Assembly: GCA_031459625.1 (NCBI GenBank)
Contig: JAVKIH010000001.1
Coordinates: 242,173 to 278,500, forward strand
DNA: 36,328 bases
Origin: Candidatus Geohabitans tengchongensis
GTDB lineage: Bacteria; Sysuimicrobiota; Sysuimicrobiia; Sysuimicrobiales; Humicultoraceae
Direction: 5' to 3'
The notes beneath the pieces were generated by a model, which ran no database searches, was not told the origin of the DNA, and was given only the letters and a program-made list of their open reading frames with translations. This document shows positions 1-9,065 of the stretch, in pieces; within the stretch, counting starts at the first letter, position 1, and each line of letters opens with the position of its first letter. A program made the position numbers and the translations under genes.

Positions 1-332
1 GCGACGAGCGTGGGGCGGTCGCCGTCGGCCGGCAGCGTCTCCCACACCGGGTAGAGCACCACCCGCTCCGCCGCCGCCGGCGCAAAGAGGGCCAGGTCCT
101 CGGCCAGGCGTTCCGCCGCCTCGCGCGAGGGCAGGACGAGGAGGGCCGCGCCGCCCGTCCCATCGGCCGGCGCGGCCTCGGCCTCCAGGTCGGCCAGCAG
201 GGCGGCCAGCAGGTAGGCCTTCTCCGTCTGGCCGGGCCCGCGCACCCACAGGGGGCGGCGGGCGCGCACCACCTCCACGGCCCGCCGGTGCGGGGGGCTC
301 TGCCGCAGGAGCGCCGTCAGCGCGTTCAGCAT
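1..332 (-). CDS. mfd: Transcription-repair coupling factor Mfd, N-terminal part (runs off the window; not in the ORF track)
   Basis: Manual translation from ATG 332: MLNALTALLRQSPPHRR...PLWVRGPGQTEKAYLLAAL...ALLVLPSREAAERLAEDLALF...VVLYPVWETLP, resembling the UvrB-homology N-terminus of Mfd (A..LA.DL..F, P.WE.LP). GAAGGG SD-like element upstream. Confidence 0.7.
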   Translation of the reverse strand, partial: MLNALTALLRQSPPHRRAVEVVRARRPLWVRGPGQTEKAYLLAALLADLEAEAAPADGTGGAALLVLPSREAAERLAEDLALFAPAAAERVVLYPVWETLPADGDRPTLV

Positions 333-367
333 CGCGTGGTCGCCCTTCAGGAGGAAACCAAACACCC

Positions 368-396
368 ATTATATCGGTTAGAGCGGTGCGGCGGAA
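368..396 (-). promoter_or_regulatory. Putative sigma70 promoter for mfd
   Basis: Perfect TATAAT (complement of 368-373) in an otherwise GC-rich context; weak TTCCGC 17 bp upstream. Confidence 0.5.
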
Positions 397-541
397 GGGA
401 CGCGCCAAGACAGCGTGGCCGAAGCGGGCGGGCGTCGCATCGGGAGGCCGGGGGGACAGCAGGGAGGCGGCGACGGATCGAGAAGGTGTTAGGGATCGGT
501 CAGCAGCCGGGCAGCCAGCCCAAGAAGGGAGGCCGCAGTGG

Positions 542-898
542 ATGTCGGCAAAGACCTATGCCATGTGGGGCGGCATCATCCTGCTGGTCCTGGGCGTCAT
601 CGGCCTCTTCACGGGGCGCGTCTTCATCCTCAACTCGGACATCATCGAAGACCTCATCCATCTCGTGGTGGGCGCGATCCTGGCGTACGTCGGCTTCAGC
701 GGCACCGATGCGCAGGCCAGCACCTGGGCGAAGATCTTCGGGGTGGTCTTCCTGGTGATCGGGGTCGTGGGCTTCTTCCTCCCGAAGCTCTTCAACCTGC
801 TGCCGAGCGGCCTGGCGGCGGCCGACAACATCGTCCACCTCATCTACGGCGTCGTGGGGGTGTGGGCCGGCTGGATGTACAAGCCCGCGACGGCCTGA
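542..898 (+). CDS. Small 4-TM membrane protein, DUF4383-like
   Basis: ATG 542 after AAGGGAGG; 118 aa with four hydrophobic segments and repeated D.IHL motifs (EDLIHLVVG, DNIVHLIYG). Confidence 0.7.
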   Translation: MSAKTYAMWGGIILLVLGVIGLFTGRVFILNSDIIEDLIHLVVGAILAYVGFSGTDAQASTWAKIFGVVFLVIGVVGFFLPKLFNLLPSGLAAADNIVHLIYGVVGVWAGWMYKPATA

Positions 899-914
899 GC
901 CGCCTCGCGCCTCC

Positions 915-3578
915 TCAGCGCAGCACGGCCAGCTCGCGCGGCTCGACCTTGCGGTAGACGCGCTCCGGCGGCCGGCGCACGCCGTCCACCGTGAGCAGGG
1001 CGTCGACGGGGATGCCGAAAAGGCGTTCGTTCTCCTGCAGGTAGGGGAGGATCACCGTCCAGTCGTCGGGGGTCAGGTCGGCGTAGCGGCCGCCGTTGAG
1101 CTGGAGCTCGTCGCAGCGGCCGTGGGGGTCGCGCAGGTAGATGGCCCCGCCGGAGGCGAGCGAGAAGAGGTTGCCGCCCGGATAAGGGGTGGGCAGGTCG
1201 ACGAGCGTCCCGTTGGGAGCGGTGGTGATCCCGTTGAGGATGACGAAGCCGCCCCCCTGCGTGGGGATGCCGGCCATGAAGGACTCCGCCAGGTAGTCGA
1301 GGGCCGTGCCGTTGATGACCACGCGGGGGCGTCCCACCGCGTTGATCAGCGGCCGGCCGGCGGCGGAACCGCGCACGAAGACCTCGCCGCCCTTGGCCCC
1401 GTAGAGGAAGGTCTGCCCGACGTCGCCGTGCACCACCAGCCGGCCGCGCTTGAGGATCTGGCCGAGCTGGTCCTGCCCGTTCGCGTGCACGACCACCGTC
1501 ATCCCGTCGAGCCCTGAGGCCAGGTAGTCGCCCGGGCTGCCGTAGACGTCCAGGTGCACCCCGTCGCTGTGCGGGCCAAAGCCGCAGCCGATGAAGCGCT
1601 GCCCGCGCACGTCGAAGACGACCATCCGCCGCCACCCCAGGCGGTAGGCCTCGACCAGGGCGCGGGCCAGGCTGGACGGGCCTTCCGAGGGGAATCCGAC
1701 GGCGTCCACCAGCAGCAGGGGCTCGGGCCACGTCTCCCGGGGCCGCAGGTGCGCCAGCCGGTGGCGCGCTGGCCAGGCCAGGCGCACCACCCCGTCCCAC
1801 ACCTCAGGGACGGCGCGCAGGACCGTGAAGAGCGTGCCCTGGAGCAGCGCGCGCACCGAGGCGGGCTTCTTCCGCCCCGTGGGGTAGACGCCGTCCAGCA
1901 GCTCGGTGAGCAGGCCGACCGCGCCGCGCAGCGCGGCGGGGTCGAGGAGGGCGAAGCGCTGCACCGCCTCGAGCCACTCCACCAAGTCGGCGTAGGACCA
2001 CTCCGCCATGCGGCGGCGCGCCACTTCGGCCTCCAGCGCCTCGCCGCCTTCGGCCGGCCGCGCGCGCCCACCGCCAGTGCCCGCGGCGCCCTCGCCATCG
2101 CCCACTACGTGGCCGGCCCCGGCGGCCCGGCGGACGACCAGGCGCACGGTGGGCAGGTAGTGGACCTGCCCGGGCGGGACGGTGACCGGTTCCCCGAACT
2201 TGTTGGTGCAGACCAGGTGCGCCGCTTCGCCGGTGCGCTCGACGGTGTAGACGAAGGCGCCGCCGTCGGTGTAGGAGCCGCCGCGGGCGTTCCAGTACCG
2301 GTCGGCCAGGGGGGCGACACGGGGGTCCTCCTGGGCCAGGCTGGCCAGGGCGGCGTCGATGGCCTGCTTCTCCGAGGCGATCACCCCCACCTGGACCAGG
2401 CCGTCCTGCAGCGCGAAGACCTGCGGGCGCAGCATGGAGGTGTCGGTGATGCCGATGAGCTGCCAGGGTCCCCCGCCGCGCACGGTGCGGGCCACGATGA
2501 AGAACCAGGGCCCGTCCGGCGAGCCGTGCAGGTGGGCGCGCTGGACCGCCCGGTACAGCTGTCGGCGGGCGGGAGGCAGCAGGAGGAAGTCCCGCTCCGT
2601 GGTGGGCGCCATGGCCTCGAGCAGGACCTCCAGCGGGTAGCGGAAGGTGCGCGCCCACAGGTCGAAGAGGAGGACCGCCACTTCGGTGTCGGTGAGGAAG
2701 AGCGGGTACAGCCCCCGCTGCGCCAGGTACTCCCCGACGGCGTGGTAGTTGGCGAAGTCGCCGTTGTGCACCAGCGCCACGTCCAGCGCGGCGAAGGGGT
2801 GGGCGCCTCCGGGGTGCCACACGCGCCCTTTGGTGGGGTAGCGCTGGTGTCCGATCCAGACGTGGGCGCGCAGCTCCTCCAGGCGGTAGTACTGGAAGGC
2901 CTGCTCGGCATAGCCCACGATCTTCAGCACCAGCAGGTCCCGTCCGTAGGAGAGGACGAAGGCGCGCATCCTGCCGTCCCCGTAGAGGGCCCGGTTCAGG
3001 CGGAAGGCCCACTGGCTGAGGCACTCGTCCTCCGCGTCCTGCGGGTCGAGCCCCTCCAGGCCCCGCGCCGCCACGAAGCGCTCCAGCACCTCGGGGCGGA
3101 CGCGGGCCACGTACCGCCACACGTCGGGCGGGCGCACGGTCAGCCCCGGGACGTCGCGGTAGTCGTCCACCGTGGGCAACCGCCCGCCCTGCACCACCGC
3201 GAGCTCGGGGAGGAACTGGCGCTCCACCTCGCCGAGGGCCTCGGGGTCGAGCAGGGCGACGTGGATGAGGTAGTGGGTGGCCAGCGTGCGCGCGTCCACG
3301 CCCACCTCCTCGGGGACGAGGCCGCAGGCGGCCAGCCCGCCCCCCTTGCCGTTGCCGCGGTTGTGCATCTGTCGGCAGGGGGCCAGCACGTGCCGGCCGC
3401 GCACCGGGACGGAGGCGGCCAGGCCGACGACCCCGCAGCCGCCCTCCGCCTCGGCCGGCCGCGGCGGCACCGGCACCGGGCCGAGCGCCCGACGCGCGGC
3501 CACGAGCGCCCGCACCCGCGCCGTCGCGTCCTGCGGGCCCGCGGCCGCTCCCCGCACCGGCACCGTCGCCACCGTCAC
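915..3578 (-). CDS. Split-type glutamate synthase subunit: class II glutamine amidotransferase domain fused to GXGXG (GltB C-terminal) domain
   Basis: EGG-CGVVG Ntn nucleophile (Cys48 after a propeptide), NRGNGKGGG, GHQRYPT, GAHPF, VHNGD, TDTEV; C-terminal GXGXG beta-helix repeats (GQRFIGCG, GDYLASG, GDVGQTFLYGAKGG). GTGA overlap with the upstream gene. Confidence 0.85.
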   Translation of the reverse strand: MTVATVPVRGAAAGPQDATARVRALVAARRALGPVPVPPRPAEAEGGCGVVGLAASVPVRGRHVLAPCRQMHNRGNGKGGGLAACGLVPEEVGVDARTLATHYLIHVALLDPEALGEVERQFLPELAVVQGGRLPTVDDYRDVPGLTVRPPDVWRYVARVRPEVLERFVAARGLEGLDPQDAEDECLSQWAFRLNRALYGDGRMRAFVLSYGRDLLVLKIVGYAEQAFQYYRLEELRAHVWIGHQRYPTKGRVWHPGGAHPFAALDVALVHNGDFANYHAVGEYLAQRGLYPLFLTDTEVAVLLFDLWARTFRYPLEVLLEAMAPTTERDFLLLPPARRQLYRAVQRAHLHGSPDGPWFFIVARTVRGGGPWQLIGITDTSMLRPQVFALQDGLVQVGVIASEKQAIDAALASLAQEDPRVAPLADRYWNARGGSYTDGGAFVYTVERTGEAAHLVCTNKFGEPVTVPPGQVHYLPTVRLVVRRAAGAGHVVGDGEGAAGTGGGRARPAEGGEALEAEVARRRMAEWSYADLVEWLEAVQRFALLDPAALRGAVGLLTELLDGVYPTGRKKPASVRALLQGTLFTVLRAVPEVWDGVVRLAWPARHRLAHLRPRETWPEPLLLVDAVGFPSEGPSSLARALVEAYRLGWRRMVVFDVRGQRFIGCGFGPHSDGVHLDVYGSPGDYLASGLDGMTVVVHANGQDQLGQILKRGRLVVHGDVGQTFLYGAKGGEVFVRGSAAGRPLINAVGRPRVVINGTALDYLAESFMAGIPTQGGGFVILNGITTAPNGTLVDLPTPYPGGNLFSLASGGAIYLRDPHGRCDELQLNGGRYADLTPDDWTVILPYLQENERLFGIPVDALLTVDGVRRPPERVYRKVEPRELAVLR

Positions 3579-6064
3579 GACGCCGCCCCCGGCTCCACCA
3601 GGTAGCGCAGCAGGTCCGTCCGCCCGCGCAGTGCCTCCACGCGGCGCAGCCCCAGCCGGCTGAGGATGTCGCGCAGCACCATCGCCCAGGCGCGGTAGAG
3701 GTTGGCGATGCGCTCGGCCCCCCAGTCGGGGTCGATCAGCCGGCTCAGCTCCGGGTCAGTGGTGGTGATGCCGAAGGGGCACCCCTTCCCCTTCTCGCAG
3801 TCGCCCAGCCGCGTACAGCCCAGTGCCACCAGCTCGGCCATGCCGAGCACGACCCCGTCGGCTCCCAGCGCGATGGCCTTGGCCGCGTCGTAGGGGGTGC
3901 GGATGCCGCCCGAGGCCACCAGCACCACCTCGTCGCGGATCCCCTCGGCCACGAGGAAGCGGTGCACCTTGGGGATGGCGTACTCGATGGGCATGGCGAT
4001 GTTCTTCTTGGCGATCTCCGGCGCCGCCCCGGTCCCGCCGTACCCGCCGTCCAGGTGGACGACGTGCGCCCCGGCGTAGTAGATCCCCACGGCCACCATG
4101 TCCACGTCGGTGGGCGTGGAGACCTTCACGGCCACGATGGCCTCCGGGTTGACCTGGCGGATCCAGTCCACGTGCTTCTTGTGGTCCTCCACCGAGTAGA
4201 CGCTGTGGAAGGGGAACGGCGAGTAGAGGCTCACCCAGGCCACCGACTCGCGCATCGCCGCCACGGCCTCGGTGACCTTGCCGCCGAGCAGGTGGCCGCC
4301 CAGGCCCGGCTTGGCTCCCTGGGCGTACTTGAACTCGACGAAGCGGGCGCGCTGGATCGTCTCCTCGCGCACACCGAAGAGCCCCGTGGCCACCTGCGTG
4401 ATGATGTGGTCCTGGTAGGGGACGAGCTCGTCGGGGTAGCCGCCTTCGCCCGTGGAGGTGAAGGTGCCGATGCGCTGGGCGGCCCGGGCGCGGGCGAGCA
4501 TCGTCTGCAGGCTCACCGAGCCGAAGGACATCCCGCCGCCGTAGACCGGCAGCGGCAGGACGAGCTGGGGACCGTCGCCGCGGCGGTTGAGGGCGAGGCG
4601 CAGGTCCACCGTCTCGGGGTCGACCCGCTCCGGCGGCTGCCACGCCGGGTCGACCTCGAAGACGAACCGCAGCCGGTCGAAGCCGCCGCCGGAGCGGCCC
4701 ACGGTGTACTCGCCGTGCGCCGGGGGCCGCCCCGTGGCCGCCATCGCCCAGGTGCCCTGCAGCAGCTCCGGCGGCCAGCGCAGGTCCCCCATGGTGGGCC
4801 GCTCCCCGTCCGGGGAGGTCCCGGGGCGCAGGGGCCCCTCGACGGCAGGCACGAGGCGGCGGAACTCGGCCTCCTCCTCGGCGTAGAAGATGGCCCGTCC
4901 CACCTCCCCGCGCAGCCGCCGCACCTCGCGCAGGCCCATGGCCCCGAGGCACTCCAGGAGCTGGTCGCGCCAGGCGGCCATCAGGTTGACCAGGCGCTGC
5001 GCCCCCCACGCCACATCGAACTCCCCCGCCTCGGCGGCGCAGTGGCCCTTGTCCGCCCACAGCGCGCACCCCAGCGCCACCGGCAGCGTGAAGTCGATGC
5101 CCACCAGGTCGGCGCCGCAGACGATGGCCTTGGGCACGTGCTCGGCCGCGGCGATCCCGCCGCTGGCCACCACCGCGACCGGGTCGCGGAGCCCCTCCGC
5201 CACCAGGCGGCGGTGGACGGCGCGCAGGGCGTCGGCCAGGAACCCCGCCGGCGTGCGGCCGTACTCGTCGGCGGTCAGGTGCAGGACGCCCGCGCCAGCG
5301 CGCACGAAGGCCAGGGCGCGCTCGGGGGTGGTGGCGTCCAGCGGCAGGCGCCAGGCCACCACGGCCCCGGGATGGGCGGCGGCGACCAGCGCCTCGACCC
5401 GCTCGAGGTCCCCGGGATCTGCGGGGCCGTCGACCTCGAGGTAGGGGACGCGAGACCACAGGGGGCGCAGCGCCTCCAGGTGCCGCAGCGGCACGCGCAC
5501 CCCCAGGGCCTCGGTGAACGGGGCCAGGTCGTCGGCCCATTGCTCCGGCTCGAGCAGCGCCACCGTCCCGAGGCGCTGCGCCGCGGCGGCCACGGACAGC
5601 AGCGGCGTCCGGCGCTCCAGCGGCAGGGGGTAGGGGTTGAAGAGGACGGGGAAGGGCAGGGTCAGGCAGGGCGGCAGCGCGTCGGGGGCGTCGAGCCGCA
5701 CCACCTCGGGCCGGCGGCCCACGTCCACGGCGGTGGAGATGTACTCGCGGCCGTGGATGCCGTCGCGCGTGGGGCGCACGATCTCCGACATGTCCAGCCA
5801 GATCCCGTCGAAGCCCGGGCCGGCGAAGGGCCCGCCGTACCCCGCGCCCGAGATGGGGATGCGGCCGCGCTCGGCCATGAACCAGGTCTGGGTGATGATC
5901 TCGGCCGTCCAGTAGGGGTCGCCGGCGCCGCCGCTGGCGAAGGGGGCGTGGCCGTACTTCACGTACTCGTCTCCGCCCTCCAGGCGGAACGCCGCCGGTG
6001 CAGGAAAGGGTGCAGGCGCGGGGTGGGTCTCGATGTGGTAGCGTCCGCCGGGCAGGTCCCTCAC
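3575..6064 (-). CDS. Split-type glutamate synthase FMN-binding subunit with two tandem Glu_synthase-like barrels
   Basis: GTG 6064 overlaps the nadE stop (GTGA); 829 aa. C-terminal barrel has GGMSFGS, STGEGG, QVATG, EFKYAQGAKPGLGGHL, LDGGYGGTGAAP, ASGGIR and a Cx5Cx5C Fe-S motif. The track's extension to 7750 is a shadow of nadE. Confidence 0.85.
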   Translation of the reverse strand: MRDLPGGRYHIETHPAPAPFPAPAAFRLEGGDEYVKYGHAPFASGGAGDPYWTAEIITQTWFMAERGRIPISGAGYGGPFAGPGFDGIWLDMSEIVRPTRDGIHGREYISTAVDVGRRPEVVRLDAPDALPPCLTLPFPVLFNPYPLPLERRTPLLSVAAAAQRLGTVALLEPEQWADDLAPFTEALGVRVPLRHLEALRPLWSRVPYLEVDGPADPGDLERVEALVAAAHPGAVVAWRLPLDATTPERALAFVRAGAGVLHLTADEYGRTPAGFLADALRAVHRRLVAEGLRDPVAVVASGGIAAAEHVPKAIVCGADLVGIDFTLPVALGCALWADKGHCAAEAGEFDVAWGAQRLVNLMAAWRDQLLECLGAMGLREVRRLRGEVGRAIFYAEEEAEFRRLVPAVEGPLRPGTSPDGERPTMGDLRWPPELLQGTWAMAATGRPPAHGEYTVGRSGGGFDRLRFVFEVDPAWQPPERVDPETVDLRLALNRRGDGPQLVLPLPVYGGGMSFGSVSLQTMLARARAAQRIGTFTSTGEGGYPDELVPYQDHIITQVATGLFGVREETIQRARFVEFKYAQGAKPGLGGHLLGGKVTEAVAAMRESVAWVSLYSPFPFHSVYSVEDHKKHVDWIRQVNPEAIVAVKVSTPTDVDMVAVGIYYAGAHVVHLDGGYGGTGAAPEIAKKNIAMPIEYAIPKVHRFLVAEGIRDEVVLVASGGIRTPYDAAKAIALGADGVVLGMAELVALGCTRLGDCEKGKGCPFGITTTDPELSRLIDPDWGAERIANLYRAWAMVLRDILSRLGLRRVEALRGRTDLLRYLVEPGAAS

Positions 6065-7815
6065 GGAGCGGAGGGTGGACCTCCCTCCGAGGCGGCCGGG
6101 GCGGGGATGGGCGGGCGGTACCAGTTGGTGATGGGCAGGCGGCGGTCGCGCCCGAAGGCCTTCGTCGTGATGCGCACCCCCGGCGGCGCCTGGCGGCGCT
6201 TGTACTCGTTCCGGTCGACCATGGTGACGACGCGGGCCACCACCGCCGGGTCGAAGCCGCGCGCGGCGATCTCGGCTGGTGAGAGGTCCTGCTCCACGTA
6301 CAGCTCCAGGATCTGGTCGAGCAGCTCGTAGGGCGGGAGGGTGTCCTGGTCGGTCTGGTGGGGGCGCAGCTCCGCCGACGGGGCGCGGGTGAGCACCTCC
6401 TCGGGGATGACGGCGCCCCGGGCGTTGCGCCAGCGGGCCAGGGCGTAGACCAGCGTCTTCGGCACGTCCTTGATGACGGCGAACCCGCCGGCCATGTCGC
6501 CGTAGAGCGTGGCGTAGCCGGCGGCCAGCTCGCTCTTGTTCCCGGTGGTGAGGACCAGCCAGCCGAACTTGTTGCTGAGGGCCATCAGCAGCGTGCCGCG
6601 GATGCGCGCCTGGATGTTCTCCTCCGTCACGTCCTCGGGGCGGCCGGCGAAGACCTCCCCCAGGGTCCGGCGGAAGGCGGCGAAGACCTCGTCGATGCGC
6701 AGCTCCACCGGGCGGAGCCCCAGGTTGGCCGCCACCTGCCGGGCCAGCCGGTGGCTCTGCTCCGAGGTGTACGGCGAGGGCATGAAGGCCACGTGGACGT
6801 GCTCGGGGCCCAGGGCGTCCGTGGCGATGGTGGCCACCAGCGCCGAGTCTACCCCGCCGGAGAGCCCCACGACGACGTCGCGGAAGCGGTTCTTCCGCAC
6901 GTAGTCGCGCGTGCCCAGGAGGAGGGCCTGGTAGACCTCCTCCAGCGGCGCCAGCGGCGCAGCCACCGCCGGTTCCACTGGTGGGCGCGAGGGGTACCGG
7001 GGCGCGGTCGAGACCGGCACGTGCGGCGTGGGGATGTGCGGCTCTTCCTCCCCGAGCGGCGTGGGCGGCAGGCGGCGCGCCCGCCGCACCTCGTCCAGCG
7101 GCACGTCGCAGACGACCAGCGCCTCCTGGAACTGCGGCCCTCGGGCCAGCACCGTCCCGCGGTGGTCCACCACGAAGCTCATGCCGTCGAAGACCAGCTC
7201 GTCCTGGCCGCCCACCTGGTTCACGTAGGCGATAGCCACCTCGTAGTCGCGCGCCCGGGTGGCCACCATCTCCTCGCGCAGCCGCCACTTCCCCCGGTCG
7301 TAGGGGGAGCCGTTGATGTTCACCAGCAGCAGCGCCCCGGCGGCGGCGCCGGCCTGGCAGGGCCCGCCGGGCGCCCAGATGTCCTCGCAGATGGTCAGCG
7401 CCATGGGCTGGCCGGCCACGGTGAAGACGGGGCAGGCACGGCCCGGGTGGAAGTAGCGCCGCTCGTCGAAGACGCCGTAGTTGGGCAGCCGGTGCTTGTG
7501 GTAGATGCCGGCCACCTGCCCGTCCCAGCACAGGGCCGCGGCGTTGTAGAGGTGGTCGGCGGCGTCCACGAACCCCACGACCACGGCCACCTCGCGGGCG
7601 GCGCGGGCCACCTCCTCCAGCGCCTGGCGGTTGGCCGCGACGAAGTCGGCACGCAACACCAGGTCTTCGGGGGGATAGCCGGTGAGGACGAGCTCGGGGA
7701 AGGCCACCAGGTCCGCGCCGAGCGCCGCCGCCTGCCCGATGCGCTCGCACACGCGGCGTGCGTTGCCTTCGATGTCGCCCACGATCGGGTTGATCTGGGC
7801 CAGGACGATGCGCAC
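6061..7815 (-). CDS. nadE: Glutamine-dependent NAD+ synthetase
   Basis: Nitrilase-like domain (AQINPIVGD, FPEL..TGYPPED, K.RLPNY.VFDE.RYF, ICED.W) plus synthetase domain (GLSGGVDS, ENIQARIRG, TGNKSE, PSAEL, EYKRRQ). GTG 7815 with GGAG SD. Confidence 0.95.
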   Translation of the reverse strand: MRIVLAQINPIVGDIEGNARRVCERIGQAAALGADLVAFPELVLTGYPPEDLVLRADFVAANRQALEEVARAAREVAVVVGFVDAADHLYNAAALCWDGQVAGIYHKHRLPNYGVFDERRYFHPGRACPVFTVAGQPMALTICEDIWAPGGPCQAGAAAGALLLVNINGSPYDRGKWRLREEMVATRARDYEVAIAYVNQVGGQDELVFDGMSFVVDHRGTVLARGPQFQEALVVCDVPLDEVRRARRLPPTPLGEEEPHIPTPHVPVSTAPRYPSRPPVEPAVAAPLAPLEEVYQALLLGTRDYVRKNRFRDVVVGLSGGVDSALVATIATDALGPEHVHVAFMPSPYTSEQSHRLARQVAANLGLRPVELRIDEVFAAFRRTLGEVFAGRPEDVTEENIQARIRGTLLMALSNKFGWLVLTTGNKSELAAGYATLYGDMAGGFAVIKDVPKTLVYALARWRNARGAVIPEEVLTRAPSAELRPHQTDQDTLPPYELLDQILELYVEQDLSPAEIAARGFDPAVVARVVTMVDRNEYKRRQAPPGVRITTKAFGRDRRLPITNWYRPPIPAPAASEGGPPSAP

Positions 7816-7834
7816 GGTGGGCTCTCCGGCCCCC

Positions 7835-7863
7835 GTCTTAGCACCGAGCCCGGGGGGTGTCAA
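7835..7863 (-). promoter_or_regulatory. sigma70 promoter for the nadE-glt operon
   Basis: TTGACA (7863-7858), 17-bp spacer ending TGc, then TAAGAC (extended -10). Confidence 0.6.
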
Positions 7864-7960
7864 GGACGCCGGGGCGGCGGCGGCGGGCCGGTCGGCGCGG
7901 GTCTAAGGGCGCCCGGATGGGGGCAGAATCCTGGTGAAGGTCTCGGCACAATACGGACAG

Positions 7961-8056
7961 GCTCTCCGACAGGGCAAACTCGAAGCGATTCGAGGACGCA
8001 AAGCCACGGGGCCTCCCGGAGCGATCCGGGAGGCCAGCCGGGCCGCCGAAGAGGGC
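7961..8056 (+). ncRNA. c-di-GMP-I (GEMM) riboswitch
   Basis: CGACAGGGCAAAC-TCGAA-GCGA-TTCGA-GGACGCAAAGCC-ACGGGGCC-TCCCGGA-GCGA-TCCGGGA-GGCCAGCCGGGCCGCCGAA matches the GEMM core (GGCAAAC...GNRA...GACGCAAAGC...GCCGA). P1 GCTCTC/GAGGGC; CACAAT -10 at 7947-7952. Confidence 0.92.
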
Positions 8057-8128
8057 TCCGACGAGGTGTGCGGCGCGGGGTCCCGGCGGATCCCGCGCCG
8101 CCGGCATGTTGGGGGAGGAGGGACGGCG

Positions 8129-8602
8129 ATGCGCAGCACACCGGGGGCGGCCGCCTCCGAGCGCGGCGTCACGGTGCTCGAGCTGGGCGTCGCCGTGGCC
8201 TTGCTCCTCCTCGTCCTGGCCACCTCGGTGGTCTCGGTGCGGGCCCACCTGGCCGACCGCCAGCTCACCGGCTGGACGGAGACGCTGGTGAACGACGTGC
8301 GGGCGGCCCAGCAGCTTGGCATCTCGCGCCGTGCCGTCGTGACGGTGACCTTCACGCCGCGCGCCGGTGCGGCGCCGGCGGGCTACACCACGCAGATCGG
8401 GGGCACCACCCTGCGTCGCCAGCCCCTGCCCGTTCCCCTGGACCTCGCCACCACCCTCCCCGGCAATACCCTCCAGTTCAACACGCTGGGGGTGCCCCTG
8501 ATCACCGCCGCTGCCGAGGTCACCGTGACGCACCCGTCCCGCGGCGCCAGCCGGGTCGTCACCATCGCCCCGGTCACCGGAGCGATCACCGTTGGCCCCT
8601 GA
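8129..8602 (+). CDS. Minor type IV pilin / pseudopilin, FimT/GspH-like
   Basis: ATG 8129 after GGAGGAGG; class III signal ERG|VTVLE plus hydrophobic helix; L..D.R.AQQ..I, FN.LG.P and terminal TG.I motifs. Confidence 0.75.
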   Translation: MRSTPGAAASERGVTVLELGVAVALLLLVLATSVVSVRAHLADRQLTGWTETLVNDVRAAQQLGISRRAVVTVTFTPRAGAAPAGYTTQIGGTTLRRQPLPVPLDLATTLPGNTLQFNTLGVPLITAAAEVTVTHPSRGASRVVTIAPVTGAITVGP

Positions 8603-9065
8603 GGGTGCCCGGCGTTCCGCCAGCTCCCGGGAGCCGGTGGGGGATCTCCAGCGGGGACCTGGCCGGCCGCGTGAGCGCGGAGCCGCCCTCGTGGACATCA
8701 TCGTCGGCCTGAGCGTGCTGGCCTTCGTCACGCTGGCCGTGATGAACATCTTCCTCGCCGGCGTCAGCCAGGCCCGCACCGCCGGCGTGCACGGGGAAGC
8801 GGCCGCGTGGGTGCAGGCCGAGCTCGACTACCTGCGGGCGCTGGGCTACGGCCACGCCTGCCTGGCCGCCGGGACGCGCACGCGCACGCCCGGCGCCGCC
8901 GGGTGCACCGCGCTGGAACCGGCGCTCCCCGCCGCCTTCACCCAGGCCACCATCACCGTGGAGGCCGACGTGCCCCTCCCGCGCACGAAGCGGGTGACCA
9001 TCGAGGTCGTCCGGGCCGCGCGCCTCTTCTTCCGGTCGGCGACCTATGTGGCAGACCTGGAGTGA
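8592..9065 (+). CDS. Minor type IV pilin, PilV/GspI-like (alternative start GTG 8637)
   Basis: RERG|AALVDIIVGLSVLAFV, then A...Q.ELD.LR and K.VTI.V, a typical PilV-like layout. Confidence 0.7.
   Translation: MAPEGARRSASSREPVGDLQRGPGRPRERGAALVDIIVGLSVLAFVTLAVMNIFLAGVSQARTAGVHGEAAAWVQAELDYLRALGYGHACLAAGTRTRTPGAAGCTALEPALPAAFTQATITVEADVPLPRTKRVTIEVVRAARLFFRSATYVADLE

Noticed and set aside
400..540. Second riboswitch upstream of the DUF4383 gene (CAGCCGGGCAGCC resembles a GEMM 3' end)
   Set aside because: The GGCAAAC and GCAAAGC core elements are absent.
6065..7750. 1391-aa ORF suggesting a giant GltB or a nadE-gltB frameshift fusion
   Set aside because: The extra 562 codons are Arg/Gly/Pro-rich off-frame sequence within nadE; the GTGA-coupled start at 6064 explains the real protein.
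7961..8056. cGAMP-selective (GEMM-Ib) assignment because of the pilin context and GCGA loop
   Set aside because: The discriminating position is G (7973), not A.
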